DNA of 49,290 nucleotides from Candidatus Iainarchaeum sp. (GTDB lineage Archaea > B1Sed10-29 > WALL01), in NCBI GenBank assembly GCA_023129115.1, contig JAGMCR010000006.1:1-49290 (forward strand). The letters run 5' to 3'. A model generated the notes under the pieces. The model was not told the DNA's origin. It worked only from the letters and a program-made list of their open reading frames with translations, and did not search any database. Positions 29,251 through 38,485 of this stretch are shown here, piece after piece. How positions within the stretch are numbered: the stretch's first letter is position 1; every line of letters begins with the position of its first letter. A program made the position numbers and the translations under genes.

Positions 29251-30233
29251 TTTATCACTCTCCGTATTATTTTGTCGTATCTCCCCGCGATTATGCTCCA
29301 ATCGTACCTCTTATATTTTTTCTTTAGCAGCACAGCCCTTTTTTTGGCTCCTGGTTCAAGTGCTTTTGTTATCGTCTTTGCTATCGCCAGCGGTGATGCA
29401 TCAGTGAAGAACATATCCTTTTCGCTGAAGCGCTTTTCCAAAGCGCCCTTAAGTGCAACAATCGGTATTCCCGCCGCACCGTACTCCAACACTTTCAACG
29501 GCTGCTCCGCGTCAACGAGGCAAAGGCACACGCTGGAGTGATAAAGAAACCCAGGAATTAAATCCTGCTTGAAGGACCCAAGATAGTAAACGTTCTCACC
29601 CACGAGCCACTTCTCTTCCGGCCCCGAGCCAACAAACACGAACTCCGCCTTAACCTTTTTCGCCGCTTCCACAGTCTCTTTTATGTGGTATTGCTTCTGG
29701 AGCCCCCCCATATAAAACACAATCGGCTTTTTTGTGTCAACGCCGCTCTTCTCAAGGATTTTCTTTGCTGCCGCAACGGACTTGCTCGAGGGCCTCGCCA
29801 TCTTCTCGTAGTTAACGCCGTTGTCAAGCTTTACGCCGGTTGCCCCCTTGCGCTTCAGCTCTTTCATGTAATTCTCGTAAATGAATATGGTCTCGTCCGC
29901 GTTCAGCACCGCTGTTTCCTCCAAGAAGCGCACAGCCATCACGCGCAAGACCCCATGTCGGTGGTATTGGCTGAATGGGTCAGTGATGTCCGCGATGTAC
30001 GGCTTCCCCCTCAGCTTCCCCAGGAAAAACGCGAGTATGGTCCCGCTCCTCACAGTGCCAACAATCACATCGTAGTCCCCGCCTATCCACTTGAGGAATC
30101 CCCTGAAGAAGCCAAGCCCACTAACCTTCTCAATAGTTACCTTATGCCCTCTTTTTTCCAGCTGCTCTGCTATCCGATAGCGCCCAATGCTAACGTTCGG
30201 CGGATTTGTTGGCTTAAGCCAAAGCACTTTCAT
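29247..30233 (-). CDS. GT4-like glycosyltransferase
   Basis: NGVN, FYMGGL, VGSGP, PLKVLEYGAAGIPIV, YDW. Confidence 0.85.
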   Translation of the reverse strand: MKVLWLKPTNPPNVSIGRYRIAEQLEKRGHKVTIEKVSGLGFFRGFLKWIGGDYDVIVGTVRSGTILAFFLGKLRGKPYIADITDPFSQYHRHGVLRVMAVRFLEETAVLNADETIFIYENYMKELKRKGATGVKLDNGVNYEKMARPSSKSVAAAKKILEKSGVDTKKPIVFYMGGLQKQYHIKETVEAAKKVKAEFVFVGSGPEEKWLVGENVYYLGSFKQDLIPGFLYHSSVCLCLVDAEQPLKVLEYGAAGIPIVALKGALEKRFSEKDMFFTDASPLAIAKTITKALEPGAKKRAVLLKKKYKRYDWSIIAGRYDKIIRRVIK

Positions 30234-31003
30234 TTCACATACTCCCTGAGGCTTTTGCCCTTCTTAATGTTCTTGAACTTCCTGACCAGCCATTCCGCGA
30301 ACTCCTTCTGGTGCGCCTCGTGCGACCTCTTCAGTGGAACCACTATTACCTCGTCCGCGAGCTGCGCGGCCTCCCACGCGGTCATGCTCCCGCGCGCGAC
30401 CACCCTCTTCGCCTTGCCCATCCTCTCGAGCAATTCCTCGTGGGGGATGTTCTGGGCCACGTTCTTTCCTTTGAGCCTGTCCACGGACGAGAGCACGACA
30501 AGCGTCCCCCGCCTGTTTTTCGCCCGGTACTTCTTCAGCGCCGTGCGCGGATAAGCCAGCCCGCGATAGATTCCCTTGCCGCGGTAGCTCCCCTTCTGCT
30601 CGCGGTGCGTCATCCAGACCTCGTCGCAGAACAGCGACAGCAGCCTCGTGGCCTTGCTGGGCGTGCGGATTCGGTTGTTCGCCTCGACCGCGACCACTCT
30701 TTTCATGAACACCTTGCCCCAGAGCCCAGCGAACAGCGACGCGTTCGCGCCGCAGCAGTAGACCTCGTCCGGCCACTCCCTCAGCACGGCCCAGAGGCTC
30801 TGCACCGCGTTCTTGACCGCCCTCACAGGGCTTATGCCACCAATCATGGTTGGGCGGAGGCGGTCCGCACGGTACGTCTTCACGCCGTAGTCCGTGGTGT
30901 CGGCCTCGTCGGTGAGCACAGCCGCCCTTCCTTTGGCCACAGACAGTATGCCAAGTGCCTGTATGGAGTGCCCCCCAGACTTGGTCGCGATTAATGTCTT
31001 CAT
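30230..31003 (-). CDS. Alg14/Alg13-like (Agl24/MurG-related) glycosyltransferase
   Basis: SGGH, PDEVYCCGA, VEANNRIRTPS, TAWE, HQKEFA. Confidence 0.65.
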   Translation of the reverse strand: MKTLIATKSGGHSIQALGILSVAKGRAAVLTDEADTTDYGVKTYRADRLRPTMIGGISPVRAVKNAVQSLWAVLREWPDEVYCCGANASLFAGLWGKVFMKRVVAVEANNRIRTPSKATRLLSLFCDEVWMTHREQKGSYRGKGIYRGLAYPRTALKKYRAKNRRGTLVVLSSVDRLKGKNVAQNIPHEELLERMGKAKRVVARGSMTAWEAAQLADEVIVVPLKRSHEAHQKEFAEWLVRKFKNIKKGKSLREYVK

Positions 31004-31929
31004 TTCCTGAACAACTCTCGCACTCCCCTCTCGAGCGGGTACTCCGGCCTGTAGCCAAGCTCCCTCTTTATCTTGCTTATGTCCACGTCAAACTGGTCGG
31101 TCGCGGGCTCGTTTTTGCGCGGATTCTCTGTTAACTTTATCTCAGGCCTGTAGCCAAGCTCTTCCTCTGACGCGGCCTGCACGAGCTCAGCCATGTGCTT
31201 CACAGTGCAGTCCTCTTCCGCGGCCAGCGCCATGTAATCCGCGCCGGGCCCACGCTTCGCCGCTGCCTCAGCCGCCTTGATGTATGCCTGCACCGCGTCG
31301 TCGATGTACAAAAAGTTTCTCGCCTGCGTCCCCGGGGTGTAAATTGTTATCTCCCTTTTCTGCCTCGCGAGGTCATAGAACTTGTTGACCGCGGTTGGCT
31401 TCAGCATTTCCTTGCCATCCACTTCGTAGACGCCATACACGTTGCTCTTTATCAAGACTATCGCGGGAAAGCTGTCCTCTGACATCACTTCAATAGCCTT
31501 CCCACCCGCGTACTTGAGGAAGCCGTAAATGTGCGTCGGCTTCATCGGCGTCTCCTCGCTTATTGGGAAGGACGGGGAGTCCCCGAATACCGCCATGGAC
31601 GATGCAAAAACGAGGGGAATTCCGTACTGCCTGCACACCCACGCCACGTTGTTGGTCCCGTTGGCGTCCACTTCAAAAGCGGTGTTTGGGCTGGAGTTGC
31701 ACGCGTCCATCCCCGTCACGGCCGCCAAGTGCACAATCACGTCAGTGTCCCTGAACAGCTCCTCAATCCTCTTGACGTCGCGGATGTCCGCCTGCGCTAT
31801 CTCGACGTCCCCGACTTTCCCCACTTTTTGCTTGAGGCCGTCGTCGCACGCCACGACTTCGTGGCCCTCGAGCTTTTGTATGAGCCTTGGCCCGACGTAG
31901 CCGCCTGCTCCAGTAACCCCTATTCGCAT
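31000..31929 (-). CDS. NAD-dependent epimerase/dehydratase
   Basis: VTGAGGYVG, HLAA, FASSMAVFG, YGFLK. Confidence 0.9.
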   Translation of the reverse strand: MRIGVTGAGGYVGPRLIQKLEGHEVVACDDGLKQKVGKVGDVEIAQADIRDVKRIEELFRDTDVIVHLAAVTGMDACNSSPNTAFEVDANGTNNVAWVCRQYGIPLVFASSMAVFGDSPSFPISEETPMKPTHIYGFLKYAGGKAIEVMSEDSFPAIVLIKSNVYGVYEVDGKEMLKPTAVNKFYDLARQKREITIYTPGTQARNFLYIDDAVQAYIKAAEAAAKRGPGADYMALAAEEDCTVKHMAELVQAASEEELGYRPEIKLTENPRKNEPATDQFDVDISKIKRELGYRPEYPLERGVRELFRK

Positions 31930-31969
31930 CGCCTTATTTCTGCCCCGCGCATTTATAAATACTTCTATG

Positions 31970-31990
31970 GTTACTCCAATTCATAGTAAT
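31970..31990. promoter_or_regulatory. Second GTTACTC-N7-TAGTAAT operator upstream of the TrmB gene
   Basis: Same arms and spacing as 25114-25136; lies between divergent TATA-like boxes. Confidence 0.55.
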
Positions 31991-32022
31991 TAATTTAAAG
32001 CCCGTGGCGCACGATTTAAGCC

Positions 32023-32820
32023 ATGAAGAAGCAGGACATCCTCGAGGCCGCATCGTCGCTTTCCGGCCTTGGGCTCACCGACTACCAGGCCCAGGCGCTT
32101 GCCGCACTCTTCGCCCTTAAGCGCGCGACAGCCACCGAGCTAATCCCCCTCACCGAAATCCCGAAGGCCCGCGTCTACGGCGTGCTCGAAGAGCTCGTCA
32201 CCTTCGGCGCTGTCCGCAAAAAGCCGTCCCGGCCCAGGGTGTACGTCGTGCTCGAGCCCGAGAAAGCCGTCTCCGCAGTAATCTCTTTTTGGGAAAAGAA
32301 GGAAGCACAAAAAATCTCGCGCATGAAAGACCTAAAGAAACAGATTACCAAAAAAATCCATTATTCCGGCGAGCCAACGCGTGAGAAGGGCGAGTTCCTC
32401 CAAATCCTTGCCGCGAGCCCCGCGTCGGAAAACGAGACGCTCCAGCTCTACCGCCAGGCCAGAAAGCGCATCCGCATACTTACCGGTGTGTTCGAGTACT
32501 TCCCCGCAATAAAAAGCGAGCTTGCCAAGGCTAGGGCCAGGGGAGTAAAAGTCGAAGTAATCTTTTCCAGCAGCCCCCGCAAAGAGTCAGTCGCCCTGCA
32601 AAAAAAGTCTGTCGTAGGCCTCAAGGAAATCGGCGCACAGGTCCGCTTCGCAACAGAGATGCCGCTCCGCGGCACAATAATCGACAGCGACAAGTCACTC
32701 TTTTCCGTGGACGTGAAGCGCATGGCGCCGTCGCGCAAGGACATGGCGCTCACAGAAAATGCGAACTTGGTCCACGTGCTCAACACTTTTTTTGACGTGC
32801 TGTGGAAAGAGTCACGGTAG
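32023..32820 (+). CDS. TrmB family transcriptional regulator
   Basis: LGLTDYQA, IPKARVYGVL HTH, PRVY, C-terminal effector domain. Confidence 0.9.
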   Translation: MKKQDILEAASSLSGLGLTDYQAQALAALFALKRATATELIPLTEIPKARVYGVLEELVTFGAVRKKPSRPRVYVVLEPEKAVSAVISFWEKKEAQKISRMKDLKKQITKKIHYSGEPTREKGEFLQILAASPASENETLQLYRQARKRIRILTGVFEYFPAIKSELAKARARGVKVEVIFSSSPRKESVALQKKSVVGLKEIGAQVRFATEMPLRGTIIDSDKSLFSVDVKRMAPSRKDMALTENANLVHVLNTFFDVLWKESR

Positions 32821-33867
32821 GCTGTTCATCGCCTCGACAATCCGCTTGAGCCCCTCTTTTTTCACTCCCGGGTGAACCGGCAGCGAAATGACTTCGTCGC
32901 ATGCCTTGTCGGTCTCCGGCAGTATTGCCTCACTCGCGACCGCGGGCTGCCTGTGCGCGCCGACCGGGTAGTAAATCCCGTACCCTATTCCGTTCGCCGC
33001 GAGCTCCCGCGTGTACGCCTCCCGGTCCTGCACCCGCACGGTGTACTGGTGGTATACATGCTTCGCCTTGTGGTGCACGTACGGCGAGTCGACGTCTAGG
33101 TGTGTGTCCAAGTACTCCGCGTTCTTTTGCCTCGCACGGTTGAACTTGGGGAGCTTCTTGAGCTGCTCTACCCCAATCGCTGCGTGGATGTTCGTCATGC
33201 GGATGTTGTACCCGAGCGAGTTGTGCACGTAGCGCGACGACTGGCCGTGGTTCCTGAACACGCGGAGCCGCGCGGCGAGCGCATCGTTGTTGGTCGTGAC
33301 CATTCCGCCCTCGCCCGTTGTCATATTCTTTGTGGGGTAAAACGAGAAGCACCCGGCATCGCCAAGTGCCCCTGCCTTTGTGCCGCCCCATTCCGCGCCG
33401 TGGGCCTGTGCCGCGTCCTCGATTATGTATAGCTCATTCTTTTGCGCGAGCTCCCGGACCTCGTCCATGTTGGCGCACTGGCCGTACAAGTGCACGGGCA
33501 TGATGGCCTCGACGTCTGGCGACAGCTTTTTCTTCGCGTCCTCGACGTCGATGCAGTAAGTCCTCGGGTCGATGTCGACAAACACCGGCTTCGCGTTCAC
33601 GGCCAAAATGCTGGTCACAGAGGCAATGAACGTAAAGCTCGGCACGAGCACAGAGCCCTTTATGTTGAGGCAGTTGAGCGCCATGACGAGCGCGGCGGTG
33701 CCGCTGGTGCACGCGACCGCGTGCTTGACGCCGCAGAACTTCGCGAACTCTTCCTCGAGTTGCGCGACCTGCTCGCCCTGCGCAAGCATTCCGCTCGCGA
33801 GCACGTCCGCGACAGCTCTTTTTTCCTCTTTGCCGGTCAATGGCTTCGAGATTGGAATGGCATTCAT
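32812..33867 (-). CDS. DegT/DnrJ/EryC1/StrS aminotransferase (WbpE-like)
   Basis: SGTAAL, PVHLYGQ, EDAAQAHGA, FSFYPTKNMTTGEGG. Confidence 0.95.
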   Translation of the reverse strand: MNAIPISKPLTGKEEKRAVADVLASGMLAQGEQVAQLEEEFAKFCGVKHAVACTSGTAALVMALNCLNIKGSVLVPSFTFIASVTSILAVNAKPVFVDIDPRTYCIDVEDAKKKLSPDVEAIMPVHLYGQCANMDEVRELAQKNELYIIEDAAQAHGAEWGGTKAGALGDAGCFSFYPTKNMTTGEGGMVTTNNDALAARLRVFRNHGQSSRYVHNSLGYNIRMTNIHAAIGVEQLKKLPKFNRARQKNAEYLDTHLDVDSPYVHHKAKHVYHQYTVRVQDREAYTRELAANGIGYGIYYPVGAHRQPAVASEAILPETDKACDEVISLPVHPGVKKEGLKRIVEAMNSLP

Positions 33868-34460
33868 TTTATTATCTCCTTGAGCTCAATCAAGTCCGCA
33901 ATCACTTTTTCGGCGCCGGCTTCTATGAGCCTTTCCTTGGGGTACGAGTTGTCGAGGCAGATGGCCCTGACGCCGGCCGCGCTTGCGGCCCTCGCGTCGT
34001 TGAGGCCGTTGCCCACAAACACGGCGTCTCCCGCGTCGCACCCGAGCCTCTCGAGCGCGACTAGGAGAGGGTCCGGAAGTGGCTTCAGCCCGTCCTCCCT
34101 TGTGACGACGGCGCCGAAGTATTTGGCGAGCCCGTGCTTTTCCAGCACTTTGCCCACGACCTTCCTGCCGTTGCCGGTCACGACGCCGAGTGAATATCCC
34201 TCAAGCGAGTCAAGCGCTTCTTTGGCGTGTGGCATCAGGTACGAGTCCTGCCAGCCGTTGGCCTCGTAGTCGTCCATTATGCCAAAAAGCCCCTGCTTGA
34301 CTTTTCCTTCCCGGATGGCTATCAAGCCCTCCAGGATGGATGACGGGATTTCGATTCCGTACTGCCGGCCGTAGTCGTTCATACTTTGCCTGACTTTCCC
34401 CCAGTCCACTTTCAAGTGGATGAGCGTGTCGTCCATGTCAAAGAGGATTGCCTTCGCCAT
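33864..34460 (-). CDS. HAD family phosphatase
   Basis: FDMDDTL, VVTGN, KPLPD, FVGNGLND. Confidence 0.88.
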   Translation of the reverse strand: MAKAILFDMDDTLIHLKVDWGKVRQSMNDYGRQYGIEIPSSILEGLIAIREGKVKQGLFGIMDDYEANGWQDSYLMPHAKEALDSLEGYSLGVVTGNGRKVVGKVLEKHGLAKYFGAVVTREDGLKPLPDPLLVALERLGCDAGDAVFVGNGLNDARAASAAGVRAICLDNSYPKERLIEAGAEKVIADLIELKEIIK

Positions 34461-34461
34461 T

Positions 34462-35463
34462 TCATTCCCCCCCAATTATGACGGGCTCGATGTCGACCTG
34501 CCTTATTTCTGTCATTCCCGGCCGCGTTGGGTTCAGCTGCGGCAGCGAGACCTCTTTCCCATCAACAATTTCAGTGATTGCCTGCGCCAGGTTCGCCCCT
34601 GCGCGGGTGTATAGCCATGGCCGGCCCGCGAGGCGGATGCCCACCTCGGTTATGTTCGGCACGCCGCCGCTGTCCTCCTTGATGTCAATCGAGACAATTC
34701 CCCTCGTCCTGAACTTTTTGCATACCTCCAGCCCGAGCTTGTTCAGGCGCTCGTCGTGCACTGTAATGCACCTGCTTACGTTTCCAGTGACGCCCGAGAC
34801 CGACACTTGCCTCATGAGGTACTCCAGCCGCTCCATGGACGCCGACGTGATGACCTCGCCGCCCTTCACGAGCGCGGTCCAGTTGAAGTTCCTGCCGGGC
34901 AGGTACTCGTGAATTACCCATTTCCAGTTCTTGTCCTTCCAGTAGTCGAACCAGTGGAGGGCGTGGTTGAGGTCCTTGACCATTATGCTCCCCCTCCCCC
35001 CGGCCCCTTCCGCGGCCCTCATCCAGAACGGCCCCTCGTGCTTTTCGAAGAACTCGCGTATGCCGTCCTCGTCCCCAACCTCCCGCGTGGCGGGGAAGTC
35101 GGCAAGCCCCTTGAGCAGCTCGTAGGTAAGGTGCTTGTTTATGCAATGCCGGGCGTACTCCTCGCCCATGAGGAAAAATTCGGCGTCAAAGTCCTTGCGG
35201 TGCGTGGCGATGTACTCGACCTCCGGGTCGGGATTGGACAACACGAGGTCGACCCGCTCCTTTTCGCATATCCTGTTGAACTCGGAGGTGAACTCCTCGG
35301 GTCTGCTCACCGGGGGGAGGAGGTATGCCGTGTCCACCAGGGCTTTCCCGAACTCGAGCTGGTACTTGCTTATGTCGCACACGACGACATCATGCCTGTC
35401 GCGCAGGCTCCTGATTATGTCGATGCCTATGTTCCCACCGCACCCCGTGACGAGGACTTTCAC
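34462..35463 (-). CDS. ATP-grasp ligase (333 aa)
   Basis: GTG start overlaps the upstream stop; VLVTGCGG, NK..TY, GAGGRG, HEYLPG, SIDIK, ITEVGIRLAG. Confidence 0.8.
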   Translation of the reverse strand: MKVLVTGCGGNIGIDIIRSLRDRHDVVVCDISKYQLEFGKALVDTAYLLPPVSRPEEFTSEFNRICEKERVDLVLSNPDPEVEYIATHRKDFDAEFFLMGEEYARHCINKHLTYELLKGLADFPATREVGDEDGIREFFEKHEGPFWMRAAEGAGGRGSIMVKDLNHALHWFDYWKDKNWKWVIHEYLPGRNFNWTALVKGGEVITSASMERLEYLMRQVSVSGVTGNVSRCITVHDERLNKLGLEVCKKFRTRGIVSIDIKEDSGGVPNITEVGIRLAGRPWLYTRAGANLAQAITEIVDGKEVSLPQLNPTRPGMTEIRQVDIEPVIIGGE

Positions 35464-36416
35464 AGCCGCATCACCTCGTTCATGCTGGCCGACTGCTCGG
35501 CGAGCAGAGCCACTTTCAGCGCGGCAGTGCCCTCGGCCAGCGTGCACGGGTTCTCGCCCCCGGAGCAGTAGTCGAGGAATGCACACAGCTCGCGCTTCAG
35601 CGGCTCTTCCCTCTTGACCACTATCTTTTCCGCGAGCCCCGCCTCGGTGTCGAGCGTGAACACGTCGTTCTCGACCTCTTTCTTGTAGGCATAAATGTTT
35701 TGGGTTATGTAGTTCAGGTAGAGGAACCTGTCCTCGAGCGTGACGTACAGGTTGCGAATCTTCCTTGGCGTTATCCAGTTGGTCAGCACTGTGCCGCTTA
35801 TGTTCTCGGTCGTGATGAACACGTGGCCCGAGTCGTCGTGCTCCTCCGTGAACACGCGCCGCGTCTTGGCGTACACTGTCCTTATGGGCTCCCCGCAGAG
35901 GTAAGGGATTATATCGAGCTCGTGAATGCCCATGTCCTTGATGACGCCGGTCTTGATTACCTTTGGGGGGTGTGGCCCCACGCGCATGGCGGACATGGCG
36001 ATTACCTTCTTGCCCTCGAGCAGCCCCTTCATCTTCTGAACCGCCGGGTTGAAGCGCTCGATGTGCCCCACCATCAGGGGTGTGCCGGTCTTTTCCGCGG
36101 CTTGGGCCAGGCTGTGCGCCTCCTCGAGCGTGTTCGCTACCGGCTTTTCGATGAGGAGGCCAATCCCCTTTTCGAGGAGCTCTGTGCCAATCTTGGCGTG
36201 CAGCGCCGTCGGGACCGCGAGGCTTACCGCCTCCGGTTTCTCTTTCTTCAGGAGGTCGTGGTAGTCCTTGTACGCCCTGGTGCCCCACTCGGACGCGAGC
36301 CCCTTTGCCCGCTTGATGTCAATATCGGCGATGCCAACGAGCTCCGAGCCAATCTCTGAATACGACTTGACGTGGTGCCTGCCCATGTTGCCGCTGCCGA
36401 TTACTGCCGTCCTCAT
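35460..36416 (-). CDS. Gfo/Idh/MocA oxidoreductase (UDP-HexNAc(A) 3-dehydrogenase, WbpB-like)
   Basis: GSGNMGRHH, IEKP, VGHIERFNPA, DMGIHELD, NWITP, EEPLKRE. Confidence 0.9.
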   Translation of the reverse strand: MRTAVIGSGNMGRHHVKSYSEIGSELVGIADIDIKRAKGLASEWGTRAYKDYHDLLKKEKPEAVSLAVPTALHAKIGTELLEKGIGLLIEKPVANTLEEAHSLAQAAEKTGTPLMVGHIERFNPAVQKMKGLLEGKKVIAMSAMRVGPHPPKVIKTGVIKDMGIHELDIIPYLCGEPIRTVYAKTRRVFTEEHDDSGHVFITTENISGTVLTNWITPRKIRNLYVTLEDRFLYLNYITQNIYAYKKEVENDVFTLDTEAGLAEKIVVKREEPLKRELCAFLDYCSGGENPCTLAEGTAALKVALLAEQSASMNEVMRL

Positions 36417-36865
36417 ATGTGCACCTCTTTCTCGTCCTTCAGCACCCCTGTCGCGAGGCTAATCTCGACTTTCCTGACGCCTGGCAGGCTAGTGATTACT
36501 TCGTTAGACATGCGCTGGAGCTTCTGCAGGTCTTCGGCTCTTGCCCTTGCCTGAAGGTTGTTCGTGCCCGTGGCTATCCACACGCTGTATACCTCGTCCA
36601 GGACGGCGAGCTTCTCCGCCGCCTCCTTCAGCTTCTGCGGCTCGACCTCAAGGCTTATCGAGAACAGCACAGGGTACCCCGCCTTGGCCGCGTCCAGCGA
36701 GAGCGTGAACTTCCGTATGATGCCCTCCTTCAGGAGGTTCTTCACGCGGTTGTGGATGGTCGCGTCGGACATCTTGAGCTTCTTCGCTATGGCCTTGAAG
36801 GATTCCCTGCTGTCCTCCTGGAGGAGCCTTATAATCTTGCGGTCAGTCTCGTCTAAAAAGCGCAT
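36413..36865 (-). CDS. Lrp/AsnC transcriptional regulator
   Basis: LDETDRKII.LLQED.R..F..IA HTH followed by a RAM domain. Confidence 0.93.
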   Translation of the reverse strand: MRFLDETDRKIIRLLQEDSRESFKAIAKKLKMSDATIHNRVKNLLKEGIIRKFTLSLDAAKAGYPVLFSISLEVEPQKLKEAAEKLAVLDEVYSVWIATGTNNLQARARAEDLQKLQRMSNEVITSLPGVRKVEISLATGVLKDEKEVHI

Positions 36866-37039
36866 GTCTAAGTTTTTGACTAGGTTATATTAAAAACTTT
36901 CATCCCGAAAGCCACCCTATTAGATACGCTAAGTTCTTTTAGGTATTATTTTAGCATATTCTAATATAATGCCTGCAATCACTATGCCTTTCTAAATTCC
37001 TGGAAACCTTTATAAAGGATGTGGGGCTTAACTCTGGCC

Positions 37040-37825
37040 ATGGGAGCGAAACCCTTCGGCCACATTTCCCTGCCCCCGCGCTCGGAGAAGCCGCGCGAGA
37101 ACGGCGTAACCATGGTGCTCGACCACTGCCTTGGCATGCATGCTGTCGAGGACCTCCTCGCCACTGCGGGCGACTACATTGACGTTGTCAAGCTTGGCTG
37201 GGGGACCTCCAGGCTTTTTGACGAGGGCCTGCTCAAGGAAAAAATCAGGGCCTACAAGGCAAACGGCATCAAGGTGTGCCCCGGTGGCACATTCCTCGAG
37301 GTCGCCTGCGCCCAAGGCAAGCAGGACGAGTTCTTCAACTGTGCCAAGGCACTGGGCTTCGACTGCGTCGAGGTATCCAATGGCGTTCACCCCATGCATC
37401 ACGACGAAAAGCTAGAGCTGATACGCAAGGCCTGCTCGATGGGCTTTTGCGTGACTTCTGAAGTCGGCAAGAAGCTCCGCAAGGAGGACGAGCGGATTGC
37501 CCCCGAAGAGCGGGTAAGCATGGCCGAGAAAGAACTCGCCGCGGGCTCGTGGAAGGTAATCATCGAGGCCCGCGCGGGCGGCACGCTTGGCATGTTTGAC
37601 TTCAAGGGAAACGTGAAGGAAGAGCTGGCAGGCTACTTGATAAAGAACCTAGAGACAGACAAAATAATTTTTGAGGCGCCCAACAAGTCACAGCAGGCAT
37701 GGCTCATAAAAAGGCTGGGCAGCGAGGCGAACTTGGGCAACATCAAGCCCGACGACGTAATCCCCCTGGAGACGCTCCGCGTTGGGCTTCGGGGGGACAC
37801 GTTTGCGTTCTTCCACTTGGGGTGA
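37040..37825 (+). CDS. comA: Phosphosulfolactate synthase
   Basis: KPRENGVT, DVVKLGWGTS, PGGTFLE, SEVGKK, IFEAP, NLGNI, LETLRVGLRGDT. Confidence 0.95.
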   Translation: MGAKPFGHISLPPRSEKPRENGVTMVLDHCLGMHAVEDLLATAGDYIDVVKLGWGTSRLFDEGLLKEKIRAYKANGIKVCPGGTFLEVACAQGKQDEFFNCAKALGFDCVEVSNGVHPMHHDEKLELIRKACSMGFCVTSEVGKKLRKEDERIAPEERVSMAEKELAAGSWKVIIEARAGGTLGMFDFKGNVKEELAGYLIKNLETDKIIFEAPNKSQQAWLIKRLGSEANLGNIKPDDVIPLETLRVGLRGDTFAFFHLG

Positions 37826-37831
37826 GTGGCC

Positions 37832-38485
37832 ATGGGAGTAGCGATTGAGTGCGGCCCGGAGAACGCCAGAATGGCGAGGGAGCGGGGAGACCAGGTCATC
37901 GTCGTGGACTCGCTGCGCGCCTGTTCCACCATAGTAACTGCGCTGGACAGGGGCGCCACAAAAGTAATCCCCGTGGAGGCCCCAAAGGAGGCCCGCGCCT
38001 ACACCGGGCGGGACGGCTTCGCCACCGCCGGGGAGCGCGGCGGCCAAAAGATTGACGGCCTGGACTTCGGCAACTCCCCAGTCGAGCTCTCGCGCGCGGA
38101 CCTCAAGGGCAGGGCACTCGTCCTCACGACCACAAATGGCACCCGCTGCATCCGTGCCGCGGGTCGCGGCTGCCTCATCGGCTCGCTGCTGAACGCGTCT
38201 GCCGTGGCCGCGGAGGTGAACGGCAGGACAACCATAATCGTGGCGGGGAGGAACGGCGCCCCCTCGCCGGAGGACGTGGCTACGGCGGAAGAAATCGCTT
38301 CGGCCGCGTGCGGCACCCCCACCCGGGAAGAATTCACGGCGCTGTTCATGGCTTCGGCGGCGGGGAAGCGCCTCTCCCAGCTGGGCTATTCCGAAGACGT
38401 GAAGTTCTGCGCGAGAAAAGACGTTTACGACGTGGTCGCGGTGTTCGACGGCGAGGCCATCTTCTTATACGACCACGAGGACTAA
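37832..38485 (+). CDS. comB: 2-phosphosulfolactate phosphatase
   Basis: VVDSLRACSTI, GERGG, GNSP, LTTTNGT, ED; directly after comA. Confidence 0.92.
   Translation: MGVAIECGPENARMARERGDQVIVVDSLRACSTIVTALDRGATKVIPVEAPKEARAYTGRDGFATAGERGGQKIDGLDFGNSPVELSRADLKGRALVLTTTNGTRCIRAAGRGCLIGSLLNASAVAAEVNGRTTIIVAGRNGAPSPEDVATAEEIASAACGTPTREEFTALFMASAAGKRLSQLGYSEDVKFCARKDVYDVVAVFDGEAIFLYDHED

Noticed and set aside
35464-36288. N-terminal extension of the 608-aa ORF
   Set aside because: Out-of-frame overlap with the Gfo/Idh/MocA gene; the ATP-grasp protein begins at GTG 35463.
38365-38390. RLSQLGY in ComB as a fourth LxxLGY tag
   Set aside because: Internal rather than terminal, and a normal part of the ComB family sequence.
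37040-38485. Evidence for methanogenesis or coenzyme M synthesis
   Set aside because: No comC/D/E or mcr genes in the window; ComAB also occur in non-methanogens for sulfolactate synthesis.
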